This document shows, piece by piece, positions 18,353 to 27,555 of a DNA stretch of 64,000 nt. Where the stretch lies: NCBI GenBank assembly GCA_001543015.1, contig LFLC01000057.1, positions 27,457 through 91,456 of the forward strand, given 5' to 3'. The notes below the pieces were generated by a model that made no database searches, was not told where the DNA came from, and saw only the letters and a program-made list of their open reading frames with translations. The stretch's first letter is position 1. Each line of letters opens with the position of its first letter. The translations under genes were made by a program, and so were the position numbers. This DNA is from Nitrosopumilus sp. LS_AOA. GTDB lineage: Archaea; Thermoproteota; Nitrososphaeria; Nitrososphaerales; Nitrosopumilaceae.

Positions 18353-19219
18353 CTAAAATCTTGGAACAACTCTAGATTTTGCAGTTACTGCTACGATGCT
18401 TATGATTGCGACAGCTAGTATCATCATTGCAATTGTACCAAATTCTGGGACAATTTGTGATGTAGCTACTGAACCTAATGGTCCAGTCCAATCTGCTTCA
18501 GCATCTGGTGGGCCAATTCCTAGAGAAACTATTTCGATATCAATTGGACTATCATCTGATCCAATAGCATCAACCATGTGACTTGTAGTCATTTCCATGG
18601 AGTGTGCAGTTTCTTTGTAAATTTCTTCACCGTTTTGTGTTGCAGTTATTTCATAGTTGACATGTAATTCACTGAATTCAAGATCCACTTGAGTTCCGTC
18701 ATCTACTACTGAGTCGGTAATTGTTACCATCAATACTGCTTCTGCTGCTTCTGCTGCTTCTGCTGCTTCTGCTGCTTCTGCTGCTTCTGCTGCTTCTGCT
18801 GCTTCTGCTGCTTCATCTGCATGTGCTTCTTGTACTATGATTGTGCCAAACATGTATGATGCATGTAATGAACAATAGTACGGAACTTCACCTACAGTAG
18901 TTGCAATCCATTCACCAGACTGTCCTGGTTCTAGAACACCAGTATCAAATTCTTCAGTTGGATTAGGTGTAAATCCATCCACAGTTCCTGCTGTAAATGA
19001 ATGAAATCCTGTAGGATTTGAGAATATTACTTTTCCACCAACATCAACTGTTGCAGTACTTGGAGTATAACATTCTGATCCACAATCCGGACTCATTGCA
19101 TCTTCTGATGTAGCGATTGTAACTTCTGCATGATCTGCAAAAGCAGCTGGAGTTGATGAAATCATCACAGCTGCGATAGCAAATAGTACAAAGAAAGAGC
19201 AAATTGCTTTAGTCTTCAT
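18353..19219 (-). CDS. Blue (type 1) copper protein: cupredoxin domain, (AEA)n linker, second beta domain and PEFG-CTERM sorting signal
   Basis: The signal peptide ends ...TPAAFA. T1Cu ligands are present in GFHSF ... YYCSLHASYMFG (His...Cys-x2-His-x4-Met). The tail IVPEFGTIAMMILAVAIISIVAVTAKSR matches the thaumarchaeal PEFG-CTERM pattern. Confidence 0.85.
   Translation of the reverse strand: MKTKAICSFFVLFAIAAVMISSTPAAFADHAEVTIATSEDAMSPDCGSECYTPSTATVDVGGKVIFSNPTGFHSFTAGTVDGFTPNPTEEFDTGVLEPGQSGEWIATTVGEVPYYCSLHASYMFGTIIVQEAHADEAAEAAEAAEAAEAAEAAEAAEAAEAVLMVTITDSVVDDGTQVDLEFSELHVNYEITATQNGEEIYKETAHSMEMTTSHMVDAIGSDDSPIDIEIVSLGIGPPDAEADWTGPLGSVATSQIVPEFGTIAMMILAVAIISIVAVTAKSRVVPRF
18737..18812. 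repeat. 9-bp tandem repeat (TGCTTCTGC, about 8 units) encoding the (AEA)n linker
   Basis: Read directly at 18737-18812. It translates on the minus strand to AEAAEAAEAAEAAEAAEAAEAAEA. Confidence 0.9.
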
Positions 19220-19277
19220 GATATTGATTACTATTACTCATACATAAAAACTTCACTAGAATTTCAGAAAATGGAAT

Positions 19278-21014
19278 TTAGTTTTTTCTAATCTGGTATA
19301 CCTTTAAAATTCCTAATAATGGAATTCCGACATACATTCCTGCATTTAATATAATCAAACTAATTCCATATCCTAACATGTCTTGTTCTGAATCAATATC
19401 AACATAATTCAATAGAGATAGTGATGATAACATTGGAGTTAGTGTTAGTTTTACTGCTTCTTTGAAAATTGGACTTTCACGTTCTAAATCAGCAATTACT
19501 GGTGAAAATGAATAATAGAATTGATTAAATCCTGCCATAAATGCAGTTCCTGATTCTGTTTGTAGAATTGTATTATCTCTAAGTTCTCGTAATTGTTGTA
19601 CTTGAGGTGCTAATTCTGAACCAAATGCTGCAGTTGCAATAAGACAACCTCCACCTTCAGCAGTCTCTTCTACGACTTCTTCTTCAGTAGTCTCTTCCAT
19701 GACTTCCTCTACCATTTTTTTCTCTGTAGATTCCGCTACAACAACAAAGCCAAACTCTGTTTCTTGTCCTGTATTTCTAATGTTTTCAAATTTAATTATA
19801 GTTGGACCTGTCTGATCCTCACTAAAAGTGAATTTTTCAAAATCACCTCCAACTTGTGCTAGTCCTGTTGTACGAAAAATTTCATTTCCATTTTGAATTA
19901 TTACAAATGTAAAATCAGAACTTCTTAGAGGCTCATTTGTTCTTCCATCTCGAATAGTAAAAATAAAATTTGTAGGAACTCCGGGTTCAACATTTAATGG
20001 ATCCCATGAAAGATTAATTTTGAAGTCCTCACTTTTTGTATATGCTTCTAAAGGAAATGCAATTTTTTTACTTGTAGATAATGTAAAAGTAATTTTATCA
20101 GGAATTGGTTCTTCAGATTTTTTCATTTCATTTTTTAGAAATTTGAGATGATCTTGTAATAAAACCATGTGAACGATTCTTTCATCTTCTACTGTATAAT
20201 CATCAACAGATACTGAAGATTTGAATAATTGAATTCCATTAACATAACCAGAATAACTAGGACTCAAAAACTCTGAAAAGTCTTTTGGAAAATGTGTTTC
20301 AACATGAACTACAGATACATGAGACATTTGTTTTTCACTCCAATCAAATGGCATATCAAATGTAATCTGTTTATTCTCAGAATCATACTCAAAATTAGAA
20401 AGTGTATCAAAATATGATTTTAAACTAAATTCTATATCATTATTTTCAGTGTCTTTTTGAATAAATGAAACAGTCTCAACTAAAGTCAAATCAACTTTAT
20501 AGACTTTAGAATTTTCAATAATGTTTGTTGGTTCATCGATAGTTCTTACTTCAATCTCAAAATTATACAAACCACCTGAATTAAACAGAGGTCCTGTGAT
20601 TTCTATTGGATTTGATTCAGTAGGATGCCAGGCTCCAAGAAGAGAGTCTTGTTCACCATGAATTGTAATTTTTTCTTCTTGCGTAGGTTTAACATTAATT
20701 GGTAAAATTCCATCTTCTGCAAAGAAATAGTTTCTAAAAATCATCTCGCCATTATGAAATAAACCAATTAGAAATGTTACATTTTTTGCAGTTTCGTCTG
20801 TTTCATCATCTATTGCAGTAATTGTGATTTGTTCTGATTCATTTTCAAAATACATTGGCATCTCAACTGTTACAGTCAAGCTTTTTCCTTGTACATCAAT
20901 TGATGAAATTGTTTCAATTCCCAATCCATGACCATATACGCTACTTGCAGGAAATAGCAAACAAACAACCATTACAAAAACTACAAATTTTGCTACAGCC
21001 AACATTATTTTCAT
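19278..21014 (-). CDS. Secreted protein, paralog 3. Mature N-terminus HGLG, an acidic linker, then a CLIATAAFGS-type C-terminal domain with a TM segment.
   Basis: The signal peptide is ...LLFPASSVYG|HGLGIE. Family motifs: [37 protein letters not shown] and RIVHM. The linker is EEVMEETTEEEVVEETAEGGG. The C-terminus is homologous to 11005-11832. Confidence 0.8.
   Translation of the reverse strand: MKIMLAVAKFVVFVMVVCLLFPASSVYGHGLGIETISSIDVQGKSLTVTVEMPMYFENESEQITITAIDDETDETAKNVTFLIGLFHNGEMIFRNYFFAEDGILPINVKPTQEEKITIHGEQDSLLGAWHPTESNPIEITGPLFNSGGLYNFEIEVRTIDEPTNIIENSKVYKVDLTLVETVSFIQKDTENNDIEFSLKSYFDTLSNFEYDSENKQITFDMPFDWSEKQMSHVSVVHVETHFPKDFSEFLSPSYSGYVNGIQLFKSSVSVDDYTVEDERIVHMVLLQDHLKFLKNEMKKSEEPIPDKITFTLSTSKKIAFPLEAYTKSEDFKINLSWDPLNVEPGVPTNFIFTIRDGRTNEPLRSSDFTFVIIQNGNEIFRTTGLAQVGGDFEKFTFSEDQTGPTIIKFENIRNTGQETEFGFVVVAESTEKKMVEEVMEETTEEEVVEETAEGGGCLIATAAFGSELAPQVQQLRELRDNTILQTESGTAFMAGFNQFYYSFSPVIADLERESPIFKEAVKLTLTPMLSSLSLLNYVDIDSEQDMLGYGISLIILNAGMYVGIPLLGILKVYQIRKN
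19431..19655 (-). repeat. Right arm of the 225-bp inverted repeat (partner 11449-11673)
   Basis: See the left arm. Identity is about 93%, including synonymous positions. Confidence 0.9.
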
Positions 21015-21026
21015 TTCTAATTAGGG

Positions 21027-21737
21027 TTATTTTATTGTGAGTAATTCTTTAACTTTTTGAATCAAATTCTCAATATTGGTAGCCTCTAAAATCGGTTGAA
21101 GTTCATTTGGGACTTTAGCTCCAATTGCTGCAAGTGAGTAAATGTAATCAATTGTAGGTGTATCAGTGTTAAGATAGTACTGCTCTAAAACATGATCTAA
21201 ACCATGAGAATCAACAACTTGTGGTAGGGCTTGATGTATGATTTTCTTTTTCCACAATTGTACCAAATTTTCCCACTGTTCTAATGAGATACTCTCATCA
21301 ATTTCTGGAATCATTTCAACTTCAGCTTGGATGTACATTTTTTTTCCAGTTCCAATTTTTTCATGTATTTCAGATACTTGTTGATGTCCTTCTACTGAAA
21401 GTGGATCATAATTTTCTGGTTGAGAGATTATTGGTGAAATAACTTTTTTAATTTTAAATGAATTTCTGCCTACAGTTTCTATGTGTAATTGTAATCCATC
21501 AAGTTCAACATCTTTACATTCAGTAATTTTAGCTATAGTTCCTATCAATCTAGGTGAATTCCATCCATTAACAGAATTATTTTCATCAATCAAGCATACT
21601 CCAAACTGACCATCACCAATCATACAATCATCAACTAATTGCTTGTAGCGAGGCTCAAATATTCGAAGTGGGAGAGACTGTCTAGGAAATAAAACCAAAT
21701 CTAAAGGAAAGATTGGAATAATTTTTGTTTCAGTCAA
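21027..21737 (-). CDS. LON N-terminal (substrate-binding) domain protein
   Basis: The motif IPIFPLDLVLFPRQSLPLRIFEPRYKQLVDDC is typical of the Lon N domain. No ATPase or protease part is present. Confidence 0.8.
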   Translation of the reverse strand: MTETKIIPIFPLDLVLFPRQSLPLRIFEPRYKQLVDDCMIGDGQFGVCLIDENNSVNGWNSPRLIGTIAKITECKDVELDGLQLHIETVGRNSFKIKKVISPIISQPENYDPLSVEGHQQVSEIHEKIGTGKKMYIQAEVEMIPEIDESISLEQWENLVQLWKKKIIHQALPQVVDSHGLDHVLEQYYLNTDTPTIDYIYSLAAIGAKVPNELQPILEATNIENLIQKVKELLTIK

Positions 21738-21791
21738 TTAGTTTTCTTGAAATGTCTTTAGATATATTGGATACGAATTATTCAAAAAAAA

Positions 21792-22721
21792 TTAAAATCC
21801 ATTTTCATTTAGTATCAAACCTAATAGTGCTGCACGAACATGTTTTCCATATTCAGCTTGTTCAAAGTATTTTGCATTTTGTGTCTTATCAACATCAGGA
21901 GAAATTTCATCTATTCGTGGAAGTGGATGTAAAATGATTGAATCACTTTTCATTTGTTTTAACAAATCTAACCCTACAACATAACTTCCTTTGAGTTTGA
22001 GATACTCTTCTTCATCAGGGAATCTTTCCTTTTGAATTCTTGTTACATAAAGTACATCAAGTTCATCAATATGTTCTTCAAGATTTGTAGATTCAGTATA
22101 ATCTAATCTCTTTTTGATTTCATAAACTGAATCAGATCTAATTTTTAGAGATTCAGGAGAAATTAAACGAACATCAACATCATAGTTCCCAAGTCCATAC
22201 AATAATGAGTAAACTGTTCGGCCATACTTTAGATCACCAACAATTCCAATTTTTAGTCCATCAATCTTTTTCTTTTCTTTTTTAATTGTAAATAGATCTT
22301 GAATTGCTTGTGTTGGATGTTCTTCAGTTCCACTTCCAGCATTAATTACAGGTTTTTCTGAAACCTCTGAAGCAAATCTACTTGAACCATCCAGAGTATG
22401 TCGTAAAACAAGAGCATCTGAATAAATTGACATTATTCGTATTGTGTCAGCAAGACTTTCACCTTTTTGAGTTGACGAAGATGAAACATCAGAAATTCCT
22501 AATGAATTCCCACCAATTGATGCCATTGCTGAATCAAAACTTAGACGGGTTCTAGTACTTGGCTCATAAAACAAATATCCCAAGGTCTTTCCTTTACAAA
22601 TCTCTCGTCGCTCAGAAGGAGCAAGATTCATAATTTTATCAGTTGCAGCAAAGATTTTTTCAAGGTTTTCTTTATCAAAGTCCTTAATTGAAATGATATC
22701 TTTTTGGTAGAACTCGTTCAA
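21792..22721 (-). CDS. pyrB: Aspartate carbamoyltransferase catalytic subunit
   Basis: TTG start. The motifs STRTRLSF, HPTQA and HPLPR are present. Confidence 0.95.
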   Translation of the reverse strand: MNEFYQKDIISIKDFDKENLEKIFAATDKIMNLAPSERREICKGKTLGYLFYEPSTRTRLSFDSAMASIGGNSLGISDVSSSSTQKGESLADTIRIMSIYSDALVLRHTLDGSSRFASEVSEKPVINAGSGTEEHPTQAIQDLFTIKKEKKKIDGLKIGIVGDLKYGRTVYSLLYGLGNYDVDVRLISPESLKIRSDSVYEIKKRLDYTESTNLEEHIDELDVLYVTRIQKERFPDEEEYLKLKGSYVVGLDLLKQMKSDSIILHPLPRIDEISPDVDKTQNAKYFEQAEYGKHVRAALLGLILNENGF

Positions 22722-22756
22722 TCTTTCAATAATATATACAGGTCACTATACAAACT
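22722..22756. promoter_or_regulatory. 35-bp divergent pyrB/pyrI control region with back-to-back TATA-like elements
   Basis: The sequence is tctttcaataatatatacaggtcactatacaaact. AATATATA lies about 22 nt before the pyrI ATG. On the other strand, TTGTATAG lies about 29 nt before the pyrB TTG. This implies near-leaderless mRNAs. Confidence 0.4.
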
Positions 22757-23224
22757 ATGCTGATGGAACAGTCTGAACTTATGGTTCGACGAATCAAAGA
22801 AGGGACAGTTATTGACCATATTGATGAGGGTAAAGGTCTCCAAGTACTAAATGCATTAAGAATTGATGGTGCAGATGGAGGTTTAATCACCATAGCCTTG
22901 AATATGCCAAGTGGGAAATTCAAGAAAAAAGATATTATCAAAATTGAAAATAAATTTCTAAAAGATGATGATACAAACAAACTTGCAGTAATTGCTCCAA
23001 AGTCAACAATCAATATAATAAAAAATTACAAGTTAGTTGAAAAGAGAAGAGTTTCACTACCAAATGAGATAGATAGAATTTTTCGATGTTCAAATCCTGA
23101 ATGTATTACAAACAGCACTGAACATATCGAATCTGTTATGGATGTTATTGATAAAGAAGGAAGAGTTCTCAAATGTAGATATTGTGCAAGAGTTTTAGAT
23201 GTTAATCAGCTAAAATACAATTAA
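22757..23224 (+). CDS. pyrI: Aspartate carbamoyltransferase regulatory subunit
   Basis: The N-terminus is VRRIKEGTVIDHI. The C-terminal Zn domain reads CSNPECITN...CRYCARV. Confidence 0.95.
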   Translation: MLMEQSELMVRRIKEGTVIDHIDEGKGLQVLNALRIDGADGGLITIALNMPSGKFKKKDIIKIENKFLKDDDTNKLAVIAPKSTINIIKNYKLVEKRRVSLPNEIDRIFRCSNPECITNSTEHIESVMDVIDKEGRVLKCRYCARVLDVNQLKYN

Positions 23225-23259
23225 AAAGAAATTTAAAAATTTGAAAAAGTTGTTGTGGT

Positions 23260-23574
23260 TTATTGTCCTAAGATGATAAACATCATAACTATACCATAGA
23301 TAGCAATTGATTCTACCATACCTACAAAGATGAATACTTTAGATTGTAATGCTGGATTCTCACTAATTACTGCAAGACCTGCTGCACCAACTTGACCTAA
23401 ACCAATACCAGCACCAAGTGCTGCAACTCCAAATGCTATACCAGCACCAAGGAATTTCATTCCATCACCGCCACTAGATGCAGTACTTTCTTCTGCAGCA
23501 TATGCTACATCAGTTAGACCTGCAGCAAATAATGCAACGGCTGCAAATGATAATAATAAAACGATATGTTTCAT
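23260..23574 (-). CDS. atpK: A-type ATP synthase proteolipid (subunit K/c), with an N-terminal signal-like extension or a mis-called start
   Basis: The 2-TM hairpin is GAGIAFGVAALGAGIGLGQVGAAG ... VFIFVGMVESIAIYGIVMMFIILG, with the ion-binding Glu. An internal Met at 23460, preceded by GGTGAT, would give a 66-aa protein. Confidence 0.85.
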   Translation of the reverse strand: MKHIVLLLSFAAVALFAAGLTDVAYAAEESTASSGGDGMKFLGAGIAFGVAALGAGIGLGQVGAAGLAVISENPALQSKVFIFVGMVESIAIYGIVMMFIILGQ

Positions 23575-23625
23575 CTATTTGAAATCCTCATAATTCCATA
23601 TTTAAATCATGATGGCATAAAATCA

Positions 23626-23757
23626 CTAAATTTGATCTAATGTTTTCTTTTTGAAAGAAGCAAGATCATCTTTAATGGATTTTTCAAAATTTTCGGAATC
23701 TTTGTCTAATTCTTTTTTAGAATTTTCAATTGATTTTTTAATTTCTTCTTTGGTCAT
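23626..23757 (-). CDS. 43-aa charged helical ORF translationally coupled to atpD. Possible small stalk-like subunit.
   Basis: Manual translation gives MTKEEIKKSIENSKKELDKDSENFEKSIKDDLASFKKKTLDQI. Its ATG overlaps the atpD stop as ATGA. Confidence 0.4.
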   Translation of the reverse strand: MTKEEIKKSIENSKKELDKDSENFEKSIKDDLASFKKKTLDQI

Positions 23758-24389
23758 TGTTTTCTACTTTCCATCTTTGCCTTGACTTTTTTTAACTTTG
23801 CGAATTCTTCTCTTTCTTTTTCTTCAAGAGCTTGAGAGATAAATCGAATATTATGTTTATACTGCGGAATAATTACATTTTCTAGTGCGTTTAGAAGTTT
23901 TTGTGTCTTTTCTAATGCTTTTGCAAGACTAAAAATAGAATTTTCATATTCTGCTGCTTTACAAATTTTTGGCATTAATTCTTTGATTTGTTTTGCTGCT
24001 CGATCAATTGAAGAATTTGTATCTGCAAATCCATAAGGCATTGATTTTGTATCTTTTTCAGTAACTGTTAATGCAGGAATTTTTACATCAACTACTCGTC
24101 TAACATGAACATCTACTTGCATAACTGGTGGAGTAGATTCAGCAACAGAATCAACAGTTCCTGTTCCTAATGCAAGATATGCTTCATTGACAGATTTGTA
24201 AATGTCTTGTAATGGTTCCCAGATTCCACCTCTTGCTTTTGATGCTTGGTCAATCATTTCTTCAATATTTTTTAAGAGAACTTTACGTTTATCATCTAAA
24301 ATTCCCTGAACCATGGTAGCGACTTGTGTAGATTTTTTATATTTGAAAAGTTCAATTTTTGTTGCAGTGACATTTTGTCCAAATGACAT
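23754..24389 (-). CDS. atpD: A-type ATP synthase subunit D
   Basis: The N-terminus VTATKIELFKYKKSTQVATMVQGILDDKRKVLL and the coiled-coil architecture fit subunit D. It sits directly after atpB. Confidence 0.9.
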   Translation of the reverse strand: MSFGQNVTATKIELFKYKKSTQVATMVQGILDDKRKVLLKNIEEMIDQASKARGGIWEPLQDIYKSVNEAYLALGTGTVDSVAESTPPVMQVDVHVRRVVDVKIPALTVTEKDTKSMPYGFADTNSSIDRAAKQIKELMPKICKAAEYENSIFSLAKALEKTQKLLNALENVIIPQYKHNIRFISQALEEKEREEFAKLKKVKAKMESRKQ

Positions 24390-24393
24390 TTAA

Positions 24394-25779
24394 TTAATCT
24401 CCTTGATAGTATTTGTCTACGTATTTATCTTTGATTTTAGTAATTTCATTCTTTGGAAGTTTTGAAACAATCTTCCATAAAATAGCAAGTGTTTCTTCAA
24501 TGGTTCTATTTTCATCAGTTGCTTGTGTAAGAAATTCTTTTTCAAATACATCTCCAACATCCATGTATTTCAAGTCAATTCCAGTTAATCCTGCTTTACC
24601 CACAATACCTGCTAATGCTCTTACTTCTTGTGCTCTGGAATATGCATCATAAACTTGATTGGCAACTTCACTGTGATCTTCTCTTGTACTTCCTTCCCCA
24701 ATTCCGTCTTTCATCAATCTACTAAGACTCATCAAAATATTGATTGGTGGATAAACTCCTTGTCTGAATAAATCTCTACCAAGTACTATCTGTCCTTCTG
24801 TAATGTAACCAGTAAGATCAGGAATTGGGTGAGTAATATCATCTGAAGGCATTGATAAAATTGGAATTTGTGTAACACTTCCTTTTCTTCCATTTAGTTT
24901 TCCTGCTCGTTCATAAATTGTTGAAAGGTCAGTGTAAAGATAACCAGGATAACCTTTTCTTCCAGGAACTTCTTCTCTTGCTGCACTAATTTCTCTTAAT
25001 GCTTCTGCATAATTTGTCATGTCAGTCATTATTACTAAAACATGCATTCCTAATTCAAATGCCAAATATTCTGCGACAGTTAAAGCGACACGAGGAGTAA
25101 TAATTCTCTCAATTGCAGGATCATCTGCTGTATTTAGAAATAGAACACTTCTCTTTAGTGCGCCAGATTCTTCAAGACTTCTTCTAAAAAATTCTGCTTC
25201 ACTATACTGAACACCAATTGCTGCAAAGACTACAGCAAAATCATCGTCTGTTCCAACAACACTTGCTTGTTTTGCAATTTGTGCTGCTAAAAGATTATGA
25301 GACATTCCAGAACCAGAAAAGATTGGAAGTTTTTGTCCTCTAACTAAAGTCATCATTCCATCAATTACAGATACACCGGTTTGAATGAAATCTTTTGGGT
25401 ATTCACGTTGTTCTGGATTCATTGGTTCACCATTAATGTCAATAAATTTATCAGCAATTGGATCTGGTAACCCATCTTTTGGTCTGCCTAATCCATCAAA
25501 TACTCTACCTAGTACCTCTTTTGATACTGGCATTTCCATAACTTTTCCTACAAATTTTGCTTTTGTTCCAGCAATAGATAATCCAGATGTTCCTTCAAAA
25601 ACTTGAACGATTGCTTTACCGTGTCCTACTTCTAGAACTTTACCTAATCTTCTTTCACCTTCGGTAGTTTCAATTTCTACAAGTTCATCAAATGCTGCAT
25701 TATCAACGTCATCTACAACTACTAGAGGACCTTTGATTTCTGCAATCTTACTATATTGAACTCCACCTTCTGCTGTCAA
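24394..25779 (-). CDS. atpB: A-type ATP synthase subunit B
   Basis: 461 aa with a clear A1 B-subunit pattern: [15 protein letters not shown] and [14 protein letters not shown]. Confidence 0.95.
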   Translation of the reverse strand: MTAEGGVQYSKIAEIKGPLVVVDDVDNAAFDELVEIETTEGERRLGKVLEVGHGKAIVQVFEGTSGLSIAGTKAKFVGKVMEMPVSKEVLGRVFDGLGRPKDGLPDPIADKFIDINGEPMNPEQREYPKDFIQTGVSVIDGMMTLVRGQKLPIFSGSGMSHNLLAAQIAKQASVVGTDDDFAVVFAAIGVQYSEAEFFRRSLEESGALKRSVLFLNTADDPAIERIITPRVALTVAEYLAFELGMHVLVIMTDMTNYAEALREISAAREEVPGRKGYPGYLYTDLSTIYERAGKLNGRKGSVTQIPILSMPSDDITHPIPDLTGYITEGQIVLGRDLFRQGVYPPINILMSLSRLMKDGIGEGSTREDHSEVANQVYDAYSRAQEVRALAGIVGKAGLTGIDLKYMDVGDVFEKEFLTQATDENRTIEETLAILWKIVSKLPKNEITKIKDKYVDKYYQGD

Positions 25780-27554
25780 TTTGATACTTTAACTCCTGAA
25801 ATTTCTTTGAACTCTTCATCCATTTTAGTTGCTAATTGATCTAGTTTTGGCATCTCACTATCTTTGATATCCATTCTGGCTTTAAGAATTAAAGTGATAA
25901 CTGACATTGCACGAATATCTGATAATGGTGTGCCTTCTTTGATTGCTTGCTGACCTTTGTTGTAAAAGTCAACTAATAATTTCATTAGTTTGTATTGTTT
26001 TTCTGGACTGCAAAAAGTATCAACATCATCAAATGAGTTTTGTTGTAATAGACCAATCTTAATCATTCTTGCAACTTCAAGAATTATTTTTTCTTCATCA
26101 GGTAATGCTTCTGGACCTAAAAGTCTGACAATTTCTTTTAGTGTATCTTCTCTTTGTAAAATTGCATAGGCTTGGCCTCTTACATCAAACCAATCTTCAC
26201 TAATATTTGCACTCCACCATTTTGCAATATCTCCAAGATATCCAGAATAACTATTCATCCAGTTAATTGATGGGTAATGTCTAGAGTATGCAAGTTTTGC
26301 ATCCAAAGCCCAGAAAGTTTTGATAAATCTCATAGTGTGAGTTGTAACTGGTTCTGTAAAGTCACCACCAGATGGTGATACAGCTCCAATCAAAGTTACT
26401 GAACCATCACGGTCTGGACTTCCAATAGTTCTAACACGGCCTGCTCTTTCATAAAATTCTGCTAATCGTGATGCAAGATATGATGGATAACCTTCTTCTG
26501 CAGGCATCTCTTCTAATCTACCACTCATTTCTCTGAGTGCTTCTGCCCATCTACTTGTGGAGTCTGCTACAAGTACAACGTCTTTACCCATATCTCTATA
26601 ATATTCTGCAATTGTTACACCAGTGTAGATACTTGCTTCTCTTGCTGCTACTGGCATGTTACTAGTATTTGCAACAAGTACAGTTCTATCCATAAGTGGT
26701 TTTCCACTACGTGGATCTTTAAGATGTGGGAATTCAACTAAAACTTCTGTCATCTCGTTACCTCTTTCACCACAACCAATGTAAACAACAACTTGTGAAT
26801 CTGCCCATTTTGCAATTTGGTGTAATGTAACAGTCTTTCCTGTTCCAAATGCTCCAGGAATTGAACCGGTTCCACCTTTTGCAATTGGGAAGAATGTATC
26901 AATTACACGTTGTCCAGTAATTAGAGGAACAGTTGGATCGTATCTGCTCTTAATTGGACGTGGTTTTCTTACTGGCCATTTATGATACATTTTTAATTCA
27001 ATATTTTGTCCGTCTTTCTCAGTTGTTGCTAATACAGTTTCTAAATCATAATCTCCTTCAGATACCATATTTGAAATTATTCCACCTTTATGCATTGGTG
27101 GCACCATAATGGAATGATCAATTAATTCACTTTCTTTAACAGTACCAATAACACTTCCTGCAGAAACTTCGTCACCATTACTTACCGTTGGCACAAAGTG
27201 CCATTTTTTGGTCATATCAACAGGAGTAGTTGTAATTCCCCTACCAATGAATGAACCAGATTGTTTAGATAATTCTCTTAACGGTCTTTGAATTCCATCA
27301 TATAGTTGACCAATAATTCCTGGACCTAACAAAACACTTAATGGATTTCCAGTACCAACTACTGGTTCACCTGGTTTTAATCCACTTGTTGATTCATAAA
27401 CTTGAATAAATGCTACATCACCAGTTAGTCGAATAACTTCACCTACTAATTTTGAATTACCAACAGATACAGTCTCATACATTTTTGCTTCAGACATACC
27501 ATCAGCCCTTACTGCAGGACCGCTTACCCAAACAATTTTACCCTGAGCTGCCAT
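25776..27554 (-). CDS. atpA: A-type ATP synthase catalytic subunit A
   Basis: Walker A is GAFGTGKTV, and [14 protein letters not shown] is present. I set the start at [13 protein letters not shown] (27554), just after the atpE stop (27556-27558). The longer track ORF overlaps atpE. Confidence 0.95.
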   Translation of the reverse strand: MAAQGKIVWVSGPAVRADGMSEAKMYETVSVGNSKLVGEVIRLTGDVAFIQVYESTSGLKPGEPVVGTGNPLSVLLGPGIIGQLYDGIQRPLRELSKQSGSFIGRGITTTPVDMTKKWHFVPTVSNGDEVSAGSVIGTVKESELIDHSIMVPPMHKGGIISNMVSEGDYDLETVLATTEKDGQNIELKMYHKWPVRKPRPIKSRYDPTVPLITGQRVIDTFFPIAKGGTGSIPGAFGTGKTVTLHQIAKWADSQVVVYIGCGERGNEMTEVLVEFPHLKDPRSGKPLMDRTVLVANTSNMPVAAREASIYTGVTIAEYYRDMGKDVVLVADSTSRWAEALREMSGRLEEMPAEEGYPSYLASRLAEFYERAGRVRTIGSPDRDGSVTLIGAVSPSGGDFTEPVTTHTMRFIKTFWALDAKLAYSRHYPSINWMNSYSGYLGDIAKWWSANISEDWFDVRGQAYAILQREDTLKEIVRLLGPEALPDEEKIILEVARMIKIGLLQQNSFDDVDTFCSPEKQYKLMKLLVDFYNKGQQAIKEGTPLSDIRAMSVITLILKARMDIKDSEMPKLDQLATKMDEEFKEISGVKVSN

Positions 27555-27555
27555 A

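Noticed and set aside
22726-23013. 95-aa minus-strand ORF overlapping pyrI
   Set aside because: It is antisense to an unambiguous pyrI frame and would also consume the pyrB/pyrI promoter region.
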